DNA of 64,000 bases, from the NCBI GenBank assembly GCA_038496445.1, contig JALMLS010000354.1:310001-374000 (forward strand), read 5' to 3'. Position numbers and translations under genes: made by a program. Below the pieces are notes generated by a model that saw only the letters and a list, made by a program, of their open reading frames with translations, made no database searches and was not told the DNA's origin. Every line of letters begins with the position of its first letter. Position 1 is the stretch's first letter. Positions 37,083 through 49,590 of this stretch are shown here, in pieces. Origin of the DNA: Trichosphaerium sp. ATCC 40318. Its lineage: Eukaryota > Protista > Tubulinea.

Positions 37083-38941
37083 GCAAGACCTTTTTCTATA
37101 ATGGGTATCTAAGACTATGTGCGTTCTGTCATATTATTGCAGGAAACTACCTTATGTGATACTCGTTCATGTTGTAATATCAATAAACTTGCTTAAAGCA
37201 GAACTTGTAAACTAAGAAATGACAGATAACAACCAAAGGTTTCTACCAAAAGATGTTCTCAATTAACGTTAGAAGCATTACAAAGCTTAGAAAGTTGCCA
37301 ACACGGTTTCGTGCTCTAGCTAGCTGAGGACATAAATACTGAAAAGTATGCTTCTTTAGGAATTTCTCCTTAGTATGCCAAGCTTGACTGTACAGAATTC
37401 AGCCAATAGATTTTTATAATACGCTACTATTTTCTTGCACAGCCTTATTTAAGGAACTGCTGGGGTTTTTAACGGCGCTCATAAGTATGTAGCACCAAAA
37501 AAGGTGTCACAAAAAAAAACTGCAATTGGCGAAGCTTTCTACTTTCGCTTTTACCTTACTGGAGCTACTACACGCCATTTAAACAAAGTAGTATACGACC
37601 CAACCTATGTGAGATGAAGTTGAAAGCGGCGAGAGCTTTTACAAGCCATAAGACATGCTGGTAACCGTTCAAAATGTACCACACCCCAACATTTGCATTC
37701 TAGTCCTTCACAAAAAGGTTTGCATTCTATGACAACAAACAACGTACTACTACTACGTAATATTGCTGACGACAGTCTAGTGGTTGTACTTTAAGTTGTT
37801 TCAAAGTTATTTAATGAAACAAATATTGTCACACAGAAGAAGGGTTTTTACGAGTTACGGTTTCATACTACTTGCGCATGAGCGACAAAAACAATACCTT
37901 CTATGCCTACCATACGCTTTAGTAGTATTCTAACTGTGAGAACAAGAAAGGAAAACGTTCGTTAGTGGGCTAAACCTTTTTGGGAATATTCAGGCTTTGT
38001 AAGCTGTTTGGACTTGGTGTAGAAATATGCGCTTTGTGGCATACACGTGAACACACGCAAGGGATAATGGTAAAAGAAGATAGTGGAATTTGTCTTGTGT
38101 ATGTAGAGATAGCTAGTTTTGATTAATAGGTTTTGCTAGGCGTGTGGAAGAGAGTTCATTCAGGAGTTTAGATTACAATGTATGTCCGGATCTTCGCTAT
38201 TTGTCAACAGCCAGGTGTTTTATAAATAGCTGTAACGTAAGTTACAAAGTAGAACAGTACCCCGTGAAGGTAGAGTAGTGCTGTAAGGTTTTTACAAAGT
38301 GTCCTCTTGTACATCCTTCATGTGCAACTCAAAGAAAAATATTTCTATGCAAAAAAAAACAAGTCAAGGTTTTCTTAGCGTTGTGCATATTTTAGCGTTG
38401 GAACTATGATGGGAAACCACGAAAAAAAAGAATGCAACGGCACAGCAACCTCCAGGTGCAGTCACATCGAAGCATCGGAAGAATTATATTTCCCCAATTC
38501 ACCCGACATTGAATAAATTTAAGAAAATACCCGCAAACGCTAAACTATCCCCCACAGCACTTAGATACGTATCTACAGACTTATTCTTAGGTTTACCAAA
38601 AGAGTCGTTCCGCGGGAAGCTTAAAAAGGAGTTTACGTTCTTTCTTTCAACTCGAACTTCTCTCGCAATTCCGAACTTGTCTCCACTACGCTATTTTCCA
38701 AAGATGCTTATTCCATCTCGCCAACACATATAGGACAGTTTCATAGCGAAAACCAACAGTAATTTTGGGTCTACAGCCTCAATAGCACATTCCAAAAAAG
38801 GAATCAGAGGTCAGAACTTTCGTGGTTACGTTCTTACGGCAAAAATAATCTGTATTTCGTTCATCTACAACAACTATTTTATTTCGTATATTTACATCTG
38901 TTTTTTTTTTCTTTATGTTACAATATAGAGCCTCATCGCAT

Positions 38942-39799
38942 TCACAACACTATCGGACTAAAGTACTTTGCTCTTGGAGAGGGTAACAAAGACTTATTGT
39001 TTCTCATTGATAGTGGCGATTTGTTGCACGAATCGTGCATCAACGTCGTAATAAACTGAATTCTGAGCTTATGATGAGTGCTGGTTGCAGTTAAACAAGT
39101 TTGGTCTAGTGATCTCCTAGGCTTCGAAAGAGCGCTCATAACGATATCAAAAGGCGCCATAGTGTTCCTTTTAGACTGTCTAAGACGAACCATTAGTCTA
39201 CAAAAAACAAAAAAAAAAGGAACAAAAAAAAAGCAAAACAAGAAAAAGGGAACAAGCAAAACAGTTTGAAACCAGAAAAAAAAAAAAGAAGACGTACTTT
39301 CTATTTACTCTTTTGCATGGTGACTTTCTACGTGTTGATACTACTTTCTGGCATGAAGGATGTTGATGTTCTCCTTTGTAAATTACATCTCTAAAGGGTA
39401 TCATTAGTACCAAGCGGACGCAAGAATATGAGCGTAAAAGTCACTCAAAAACTCAAAAACCAAAAAGAGAGAAAAAAAAACGCTAGTTGAACGATGAATT
39501 CAAAACGAACTAGAAAGTATCTGTACGTACAAACAATGTGGTGCGTAACAGTTTCTTTGTACTTGTTTTCTCGCAGGACAACCTTGAGTAAAACAACGAT
39601 AGTATGTGCGTTTAAAGGTCATTCCTTTAATCTGTCTACCGCCAATGTTCCTACAAGAGGTATAAGAACAATAATAACTCTAAGGTCAACAGACACTTTA
39701 TACGTACCTCCACCTGTACCCATCAATGGTGACGGGTGAGTTATAAGGAATAGTAACTTTTGTAGTTGGAGCACGAGGTGTTGTTTGAGAGCCGCACAT
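38942..39799 (-). CDS. Atypical WRKY-domain transcription factor (WRNIGGR variant); introns 39651-39707, 39391-39530, 39198-39297
   Basis: The spliced domain is DGYRWRNIGGRQIKGMTFKRTYYRCFTQGCPARKQVQRNCYAPHCLDVIYKGEHQH, with exact C-x4-C-x23-H-x-H spacing. Confidence 0.88.
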
Positions 39800-41775
39800 T
39801 TCTGGTTAATGAAAATTTCAACGTCTATTTTTGCTTACTTCAGAAATTACGAATTTTATCGATTTTCGGCTATACCATTTTATCCTTAACTTCTATTACC
39901 TAAATCTAACATGAAACAAAAAGAACGGCGGTTGGGTAGTGTTGAACACTTTCCCTTTTTTGGCAGTATAGCAAAAGGGTACCGGATGTAGTCAAAACGT
40001 ACAAGTGGTGATATTTATACGTGTTTGCAAACTACGAGAAAAGGTCTACAGAAAAATTTGCCCGAACACTCTAAAAGTAAATAGGTTGTTCCCAAATTGG
40101 TTTCCACATCAAATATGACGTCTATAGAACAGACAAATACGACCTAAAGTGTTTCTAAAACCAAAATCAAAAAAAGTACGAATACACCCGACCATACGCC
40201 TAAAAGTACTACTAAAACGCCTAAAATAAGCTTAAAAAGTGTTACTGTGCAGGTGTAGCTTTTTACGCCAAAACGTGTTGTAATTTGACCCAATCGCGTT
40301 GTGAGCGCATACACAACGACAAACGGCGTAGATTTCGCAAAATTGTGGCAAAAAAACCTTTCAGCAAAAGACGTGTCTTTTGACATACACGTGTACACAA
40401 GAGTCGCCAACGGTTGATACAACGGTAGAAATAGTATCTATAAAACGTTGTGCTACGTTCCTACAACGAACTGATTTGTCAGCGACATGCCAAAATAGTC
40501 CGGGGAGCCAAAATGACAGGTCACCTTAAAAAAGTCGAAAAGGTATCGGTAACGCTCGTTTTTATGCTATACTGTATGAACCGGTGCTTTCCGTAGCGTT
40601 TTATAGCGAACTAAAAAAAACTTATTCCGCGTCTAAAAAAAGCTCAGGAACTACCATAGAAGTGTCGGGGTATGTTGCTACGTTCTTTTTGCATATACAA
40701 CTTATCTAGAGTTATAGCTAGGGCTGATACCGGATATTTAAGTTTTAGCGGCTAATTTACCCGATTTTTTTGTCTGTCAAACCTCATGATTGCTACAGCG
40801 TTTAATTAACGTTATAGAGATCAAGGACTACCTTTTGTGTAGTTTTGCACTTTTGGAAAGAGAATACTTTTTTTGTAGCACTTCCGATACGGTTTTGAAT
40901 CTCGGTACATGTGTCATTAATAGGTTCACTACAAATGCAACGTTTTGTTTTCTTAACGTGTTCCCATAGGTTTTTTTTTTATCGAAACACGCGTCGCAAC
41001 GATACCTTATTTATAACAACAACAGACAAAGTGGTACGCAAACAAACCCGAAAAACAAACGATACAGAAACACGTAAAACTTCACAAACTCGCACGAATT
41101 TTTACGCTTTTTTTAGATCTTTTTGTCCAATCTATGAACCAAATTAACATACATACTTTGTACCTATGTTTGGCGCAATGGTACAAATCATTGTGTTTGT
41201 GCGGTAGATATATTTTAGCCGCTGTGTTCACGTGAAACATCTTTCTTAGTTAGGTAAACAAATATCGCGTTATAAGTCCAAGCCTCTTACGAGTAGACCA
41301 GCGAGTTTTAGACTACGGGATGCAGCTTGCAACACGTAGCAAACTAGCGACAATTTGAATCAAATCGCGGAAATTAAAGTACCGGCCATGTTGTAGCTAA
41401 AATAAAGTTGCATGAACAAGTCATTGACTTTTAGGTTACAGTTTTCCCGGGTACGAAAACTCATTGAATTTGTATCGATTCTATATTTTCGCGAATATGA
41501 ACATTGTAAACAAATCAACCTAGCAAACTTTTCAATGAACAAAATGTGTCAAAAAAAAAATGTCAAATGTCATTGCACTGCACCATGATCAAATACAATA
41601 CTTCACCTAGGTGAAATTTAATTCACTAGTCAATTAGTAAATTATTGAGATATCTTTCACACAAAGTTGTACAAGCAACTTCGCCTACTTGTCAACATTG
41701 TTTTTTTTTTCGTTTGCTTTTTTTTTTTTGTGTTGCACAAATTGTACTTGAAAAGGTCAAAGCGGTAATGTAAAC

Positions 41776-42662
41776 ATGTCGTTTGCAGACTTTCAACATA
41801 ATACGCCACAAGAATGTGAGAGCGTCTATGAGCTCCAAAAGATAGTTGATGATGCTGTTTTCAGATACCACAGGCTACAAGAGTGTGAAGAGATTCTATG
41901 CACGTCAAAAGATAATATGGCATTCAGAGATCAAGTGTACGAGCGTTTTTGCATGTAGACAAAAAACAAAAGGCGGAAAAGCTCAAACGCTTTAGCAAAC
42001 GTAAAATATACGATGTGAGAGATGCAATGAGACGTATACGCATAGAAATCAATAACCTTTCTGAAAAGAAACTAGAAAAGGTACACGAATGCTTTTACGA
42101 AGACCATTGCATAATAACAGCCTAGTCTGAATCACGGCAGTTCACAAATACCAAAAAGGAATTTTTAGCCGTAACCCAAAAAATGAACGAGCTAGAGGAG
42201 CGTCTTCAAGCTACGTTAGCCGGTTTACCGCAAGTGTGCGTATATTTCGTTTTCCAATATGTACTAACGTAGTATTAGACGATCTAAGCCTCCCAGTACA
42301 CCACTATTTAGAAGTACGTTCTTATTGAGAAAAAGTACTAGAACGTTTGCTAAGTTTACTCTTTTTGTTCAGATTCGAAAACGCTCGAAAGTGACATTGC
42401 AATACACATTAATACCCTAACAGAGGAGAAACCGGTTGGCCTTGACAGTATATCTACTAATCTGGGTCAAGTAAAGCGTTGGAGTACAGAACAGCGAGAA
42501 ACAACAGCACTACTTAATGCACAACAAAGTGCAAAACAAGAGAGCGTCAAAAAGCGTTTAAAGATACTTATAGTACTTACATCCGTTTTACTTGTGCTTG
42601 TCATACTTGCCGGAGGTGGGCTTGCTCTGTGGTGGTACTTGGACGAATATACAAACTCTTAA
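41776..42662 (+). CDS. Tail-anchored syntaxin-like protein (Habc-like N-terminus, C-terminal TM)
   Basis: MSFADF start and ILCTSKDNMAFRDQ resemble the syntaxin 7/12 N-terminal region. The C-terminal KKRLK-ILIVLTSVLLVLVILAGGGLALWWY is a TM anchor. Confidence 0.65.
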
Positions 42663-42918
42663 ACCTTCATCAAGGCACAAAACACATTTTTTTATACCGG
42701 CACGTAGCACGTGCGATTTAAACGTGCAATTGTACAATAATAAACGGCGCCAGTACTTGTTTAATTCGTACCCGGACTCCCATTTTATTACGAACTATGT
42801 ATCTTGGTGTTGACAGTTTTTTTTGAAAAAACCGCACAAGAAAAAAACTGAAGGGTTGAAAATCTCAGGACTCGCCACAGAAAAGGCAACGAAGGAGCAA
42901 AAACCAACGCTGGTAATT

Positions 42919-43656
42919 ATGGTACGTGCGCTACAGCCACGTATTTAAATTGTGACTTTAATTACAAATGTTGCCCAATGACGCAAAAATACCGTGCTAT
43001 ACTATATAGCGTGAAATAGAGGATGCCGAAGCGAAAAACTTACGTATTTGTTCTAGTCGTACAACAATAGACGCAACGGTGGTAGACAGCAAAATAGACC
43101 ACAAAACAACAATCGGTACACCTTTATCTAGTCAATAAGCTTTATAAACTAATTCAAATTCAGAGGTGGTGGAGCTAAGCACACGATACTTCTAGTACAA
43201 GCAAACAAGTGAGTTGTTAATGCACTAACGCAACGAAGCTGTCATAATATTCTTCTCACACAAAAATTAGCCGCCCTAACTCAAGAACGTACTATGATTA
43301 CGAAACAGTATCATCTGCTATGAGTGGTACGTCTCGGCTTTAACGTCAAAAAAAAAAACTTGACAGCACTAAAAAAACGTCTAGGAATCTGCCAATTGTT
43401 TGAAAGCGAGTTAAAAAAGAGAAATCCTGGTAAAAGAAACCTAGAATATGGTATTCAAGATTTGTATGATTACGTAGACAGCCTAGGAGATATGGGTTGC
43501 TTAGTGTACGCATATCACTTCGTCTTTTTAATGCTTTGTTATTATTGACTTATAAATTAAAGATTGAACACCAATACCCGCAGCTATGAGCCACATGATA
43601 AAGTATGGATTAAGACCCGTGTTACACGTCACTTGAAGCAACAAGTTGGCCAATAA
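42919..43656 (+). CDS. ERH: Enhancer of rudimentary homolog
   Basis: Spliced HTILLVQ...SRTYYDYETVSSAMSGICQLFESELKKRNP...YGIQDLYDYVDSLGDMGCLV...YEPHDKVWIK. The first coding exon appears to be the ATG alone (42919-42921). Confidence 0.95.
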
Positions 43657-44474
43657 ACTTGACTCCTTTTTTGTAAAACAAAACTAAGTTTTCTTTTTTT
43701 AGTTTGTCAAAATACGCTGTTGCTAACTACAACTGTTGTCCTTTTGGAAACACAATTTTGCGTTAGGTTGGCTTGACAAACATGACATTGAACGAAGTTT
43801 CATTGACAAATAAAGTGACATGTTGCAACCATTTTATTTTTTTTACTTTAATGCAAAATTGTGCCAATATGATTCTCTTTCTGCTATGTACAAGTAATGA
43901 GAATACTTCATGTTATAAATAACGCTGGCTCCTCTATTTTAGAGCCTCCTCCTTTAGTGTCCTCAGATTGTTTCGTTGGTCTAGTGTCAACTTTGACACT
44001 TGCTCTTGATTTATGTTTTTACCGAAAGATCCTGATTGCTTAGACAGTACGTTGATGTAGTCTTGCCATTTTGTAACGAACCTAATAAACGAATATAAGT
44101 GATTTCAGTTGTAACAAAAGAAAAAGCTGCATTCTCAACGACAAATGGATTATATTAACGTACTCTAATCTGTGGGCTGTCTTTGCGTCTTTTATTTTTT
44201 TGAACTCTTCACGGACATAATTATCGCCGATAATACGCATGTCCTTCGGTAATTTAACCTTATGAATGCCTAATACACTATTATATTCAATGTTTGTGGA
44301 TATGTACCGCTCACACGTTTATTACGTACGTAAAATGTTTCGGTACAACTGAAGTACTACAGGCCCTGACATTTGCGATGGTTGTAAAAAAGTTTCGTAA
44401 CTTGAAAAAAGTACAATTGCTGTCGTCAACCAAAATCGCATTACAAATGCAGTCTGGCGCACCAATTGACGTAC

Positions 44475-47400
44475 ATGGGCAATTACGGACCCTTTAAGAG
44501 GGAAGCCAAGAGCAATGATGCTCAAAAACCCAAGGTCGACTGGAACGCTCTAGATCCTGTCTCCAAACGCCTTGATCTCAAAAACAAGAACATACGCGAT
44601 ATACCTAACATTGTATCTCAATTTAACCAGCTGACATGGCTCAATATTCCACACAACAAACTCATAGCTCTGCCTGAAGCGCTATGCGATATAATTAGTC
44701 TGCGAACCCTGAGAGCACAAGGGAATCAAATTGAGGCGCTAACGCCGTCTTTGGGCCGGTTGACTAATCTGACCTGTCTCGATCTCGCAAAAAACCAGCT
44801 GATCGACGTTACACCCGATATAGGCGAACTACATAACCTTGTGGAATTAAATCTGCATTGGAATAAGATAAAGGCGGTTAGTGACACTCAATACGCCCAA
44901 CACTCACTAGAGTACTAGCTTCCTGTAGAAGTGGGCAAATTGACGAAACTGAGACACTTAAATCTGTACATTAACAGGCACGTCAAATTTACACTCGGAG
45001 TTAAACTAAACGTGCTGTATAATATGCGGGTAAATTATAAAAAAAACATACTCACAAAAAAAAAAACAATCAAATTGAAATAATCCTTGTTGCGGAAGTA
45101 AAATGTGCTCTATTTGATTAGTTCATGTTTTATCTCTTATGTTACTTTCTTTTAAAGTTAAACGCATTAACAACCTTTCACATCAATATTGTACACCGCC
45201 ATCAAAAACCCCGCCTACCTCTCGTTGTGAAGACAACGAGAGGTTTTGATTTTTTTTTCTTTTGTTTATTAACGTGTGAAATTAGATTAACGGATTTTGC
45301 TGCAATGGAAGATCTAACAGCACTACAAGAACTCGACCTTGCTCATAATAAGTTGACATCCTTGCCAGAAGGATTACTTGTTTTGGAAAACCTCACGTCC
45401 CTTAACTTGGCAGGAAACACAATAGATACGCTCCCACCAGAGGTACATTCACAATCTTTCTTATTGAAAAGTGTCAAGTGTCACTTTTTTTTTTTTTTCG
45501 GATAATTTTAGGCACGCTGTGTACATTTCTCACTCAAGTCTGTTTTTAGATTTCTGCATTTACAGCTTTAAAACATTTGGATTTACAGTGTAACAACATC
45601 AAGAATATACCAACTGAAATTGGGCTACTTAACCTTAAATCGCTTAAATTGCGATCAAATCAACTGAGCGTTTGTCCTGATACAATGGCGAATTTAACTC
45701 TTCTACAAGTACGGAACAAAAAAACCAAAACATGATGTTAACTACGTTGATATCAATTGCGTATTGGTTGTTTTACAAAATTTTGTTGATTTTTGTTAAC
45801 GCAATTGTCTCTACGCGCGTAGCGCCTTTTAAAATTGTTAAGAATATTGTTTGGCGTCTTTACTAATTAATTAAGGATTTGTATGTCGAAGATAACGAGC
45901 TTTCTTCATTACAATGGGTTGGAAAAATGACTAAAATATCTTCACTATTCCTCTATAACAATAACTTAAAATTACTGCCATCATCTATTGCAAATCTTGA
46001 AGGTCTCAGGATACTTGACTTGAGTCACAATAACTTTTCTAAGCTTCCAAAGTCTCTTGGCAAAGTATCATCTATTGTTAATTTACTTGCTATGAATAAT
46101 AACATGAAGAGCGTGGACCCAAGGGCATTAGCAGGTGCGCACGTTTGTTGACGTTTTTTTTTTTTCCAAAGTCAAACCGAAGATTTTATTTCTTTACCGC
46201 CGCCTGGTGGTAGTGCGTGTAATTAATTGCTTGTTTTCTTTTTTGGATTACATTTTATTTTATCTACCGTCTGATTGAAGTTTCAATGCTCTAACAATGG
46301 CGTTATACGTGAATTCACGAAACGGAAGTTCTCGTTAAATTTTTAGTATTATGTTTAGTAACATCAAGCCTAACTCTTTTAAAAGGTCTTCAGTCTTGTC
46401 AGGATCTAAACTTATCTCACAATATTATAACAGTATTACCACCTACTGTAGCATCAATGGTTGAGTTGCGTAAGCTTATTCTCAACAACAATAAGCTTTC
46501 CAACTTTCCTGTAACGAAGGGTATCACAGATTTAAGGTGGCTTGAAGTAGGCGATAATAATCTTACAAAATGGCCGAATGTTACACACCATACATCATTA
46601 TTGACGCTTAATGTATTTGGTAATAAGCTCACCAATGTCCCAGATCAACTTGAGAAACTTGCATCTCTTCAGAGTTTATACTTATCATACAATCCGATTT
46701 CGAAGTGGCCTGCTATACCAGTAATGAAGAAGATGACAAGTATAACAATTTTACATTTGGGAGGATGTCAGTTGAAAAAAATACCTGATGCTGTTTATGC
46801 TTTACCAAACTTGAAGGATTTATGTCTATCAAATAATTTACTTGATGTCGTACCCGATGAGATTGGCCAATTAGCAAATTTACAAGGCTTAAGGTGTGTG
46901 CTTAAACAAGTTTTCTTTCTTGAAATCTTTTCACGTGTTTACGTCTTATAATCACTATACTGCTTTGATGTATTCATAAGCATTTTATTTTATTTTTTGA
47001 AAGTATCTACTCTTTGTTAAAGCGGGAAAAAGCGCTTTAAGAGCCAGAGATTGAAGATTTTTTTTTTCGGAAAAAAAAAGGCTTTGTTGTCGTTTCATGC
47101 TTTTGTACCGTTTCTTATTACGTTTTAGAATGACTGCAAATATTATTACAAACGTCTGTGATGGCATAAAGGATTTAGCAAAACTACAAGAGCTTGATCT
47201 GTCCCATAATAATTTAGTTGATCTACCAGCTGTTTTTTGTACTTTAACAACGCTCACTGATCTTGATTTATCTGGAAACGGCATTCAATATCTTCCACAG
47301 GAATTTGATAAATTAATACGTATCCGTCACCTTAAGATTGCATTCAATCACCTCCGTAAAGTACGTACAAGTTCTTTTGAATACCAAGAAATCAATCCGC

Positions 47401-49590
47401 CTCGATTTACTGGAAATTTTTTTTGCAATGTTGTAGTTGATTTGTTGCTAGGTTCCAAAGTTTGATCAGGAGGAACATAAAACATGGATAAGCTGTGCAG
47501 GAAATAAAGCTCTACAGCCATATTACAATATCCAAACGCCAAAGCAGGAGGACAAGGTTGTAGCCAAACTGAATGCTGTTGAAGATAAGCGTGTTAAAAG
47601 AGAACGAAAGAGGATAGTTAAGGTAAACTATTTAAATCTTTACTTGGGTATGTCTTTTGCTTAAACTCTCCACAGACAAGTGATGGTAGGCGCACAACTT
47701 TGTTGCGAGACAGGTACACACTTTGCTTTAACGTTGGCATCTTATTGGTGTTTTTAGTGGTAGCAAGATGGACTTGACTGACGAAATTAATGGTGACCTC
47801 ATTAATGCTCTACTTCCTCAAGAATTTGATCCTGATATTGATGTACCTTACCGACCACATCTTGGATGGGCTGAAATGAGAGGAAGAAGACCTGATATGC
47901 AGGATACGCTTGTTATTCTTCCAAACTATCGCGGCATACGTAAGCTTACATAATTTATTTTTTCATTAATCTTAAATATAGCACGTCATTACTTGGTTGC
48001 TGTATTCGATGGTCACGCAGGAAGCAAATCAGCAGAGCTTGCAGCACGAATGCTTCCAGCTGTTCTATCTCATTGGCTCAATCGTCTTGATTCGAATGGT
48101 GACGGCAAACAGACAAGTATGGATTCATCTTGCTGCATGTTCTCTTTTTTTTGTTTTATCATCTTTCTGAAATTTTTTTTTTTTTAGTCAATGGATCACA
48201 GAAGAAGGTAGGCAGCAGATTGAGGAACAGTCTATTTAATGGCGTCTCTCAGAGAGCTTCTATAATCCCTAGAGTATATATATATATGTATCGCTTATAA
48301 GCAAACCTGGGTGACAACTGGGAATGCGTTTTTAGCACTCTGCCAACCGTTGTGGTTGGCGAGTATCTAAGCGCATATTTCGTCTAAAATTTGCACAAAT
48401 AACGTTGGTAGCTGATGCATGATTTGCCATCTACCAGTGTTGTTGTGTTTTTTTTTTTTTGCAATCCAAACCCGTGCTGTCTGTCACCCCATTTCGCGTT
48501 TTTTTTAATATTGTCGTTGGGTAGAGTTTCTTACGAATAATTAGGCGTTGACTAGTGGTGATGTGCCTGTCGATGATATAAAGCAGGCATTGCATAACGC
48601 TTTTAAGGTACTGTTAAAACAAAAAAAAAACAATGATGTGATATTTTTTTTTATGTTGTTTATAATGATTGTTTTAGAGCGTCCACGACTTGATAATAAA
48701 GAATGGATTCTCTGATGGAACTGCCGCTCTAGTTATGTATGCTACACCCGAGAAACTGGTGAGTTAGCAGTAGAAAGCAGTCCTTTTTTTGATGTAAGTT
48801 TTTTAGATAATAGCGAACTCTGGAGATCAAAGAGCTGTTCTATGTTCCAAGAACGGTAAAGCAGAGCAAATTACCTATGACCATAAGGTATGCTAATATA
48901 CACAACCTTGTAATATTTTACTTACTGATTTAACTCAGCCAGATGCTCCGCTTGAGCGTAAACGCATCACAGAGTGTGGTATGTTACCTTTTTTTTTTTT
49001 TTTTTGAACATTTTTTTTCTAAGCTAGAATTTTAAGGTGGTTTCGTCACAGAAGATCGTCGTGTTAATGGCATTCTTGCTCTTTCTCGTGCTATTGGTGA
49101 TACAGACCTTCAACCTCATGTTACTTTTGTTCCGGATATCTACGTCCATGATATTACTGATGAAGATGATTTCATTGTTCTTGCTTGTGATGGACTTTGG
49201 GATGTTATTTCTAATGAGGATTGTGCAAGACTTTGTGGTAAAGAACCTGACCCAGCTGTAGCAGCAACAAAGTTACGAGATTACGCCCATTGTATGGGAT
49301 CAACAGATAACATCTCTACTATCTGTTATAAGTTTAAGGCGAAGATACGTAACTCTCAGACAAAGAGGCAACAGGTTGCAAGGTCACCTAAACGTAAGAG
49401 GGGAAAAGGAAAGGAAGAGGTAGAAACAGGACCAGATGTTACTTGTCCTAGTGAACCTGTAAAGCCTACAAAGAAGGAAAAGCCAGAAAAGAAAGATAAA
49501 GATAAGGATAAGGCTCAAAAGATGACTGATTCTGTTAACGACGACAGTGGATCTCCGCCTGGAAAGGCCAACTCTAAAGGGAAGGAATAA
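44475..49590 (+). CDS. Leucine-rich-repeat + PP2C (PPM) phosphatase, PHLPP-like architecture
   Basis: More than 20 LxxLxLxxNxL repeats are followed by PP2C motifs [51 protein letters not shown] and GSTDNIS. Confidence 0.92.

Noticed and set aside
37100-41700. Short ORFs flanking the WRKY gene (38509, 40144, 40911, 41360)
   Set aside because: Low-complexity, no motifs or splice-consistent models; treated as intergenic.
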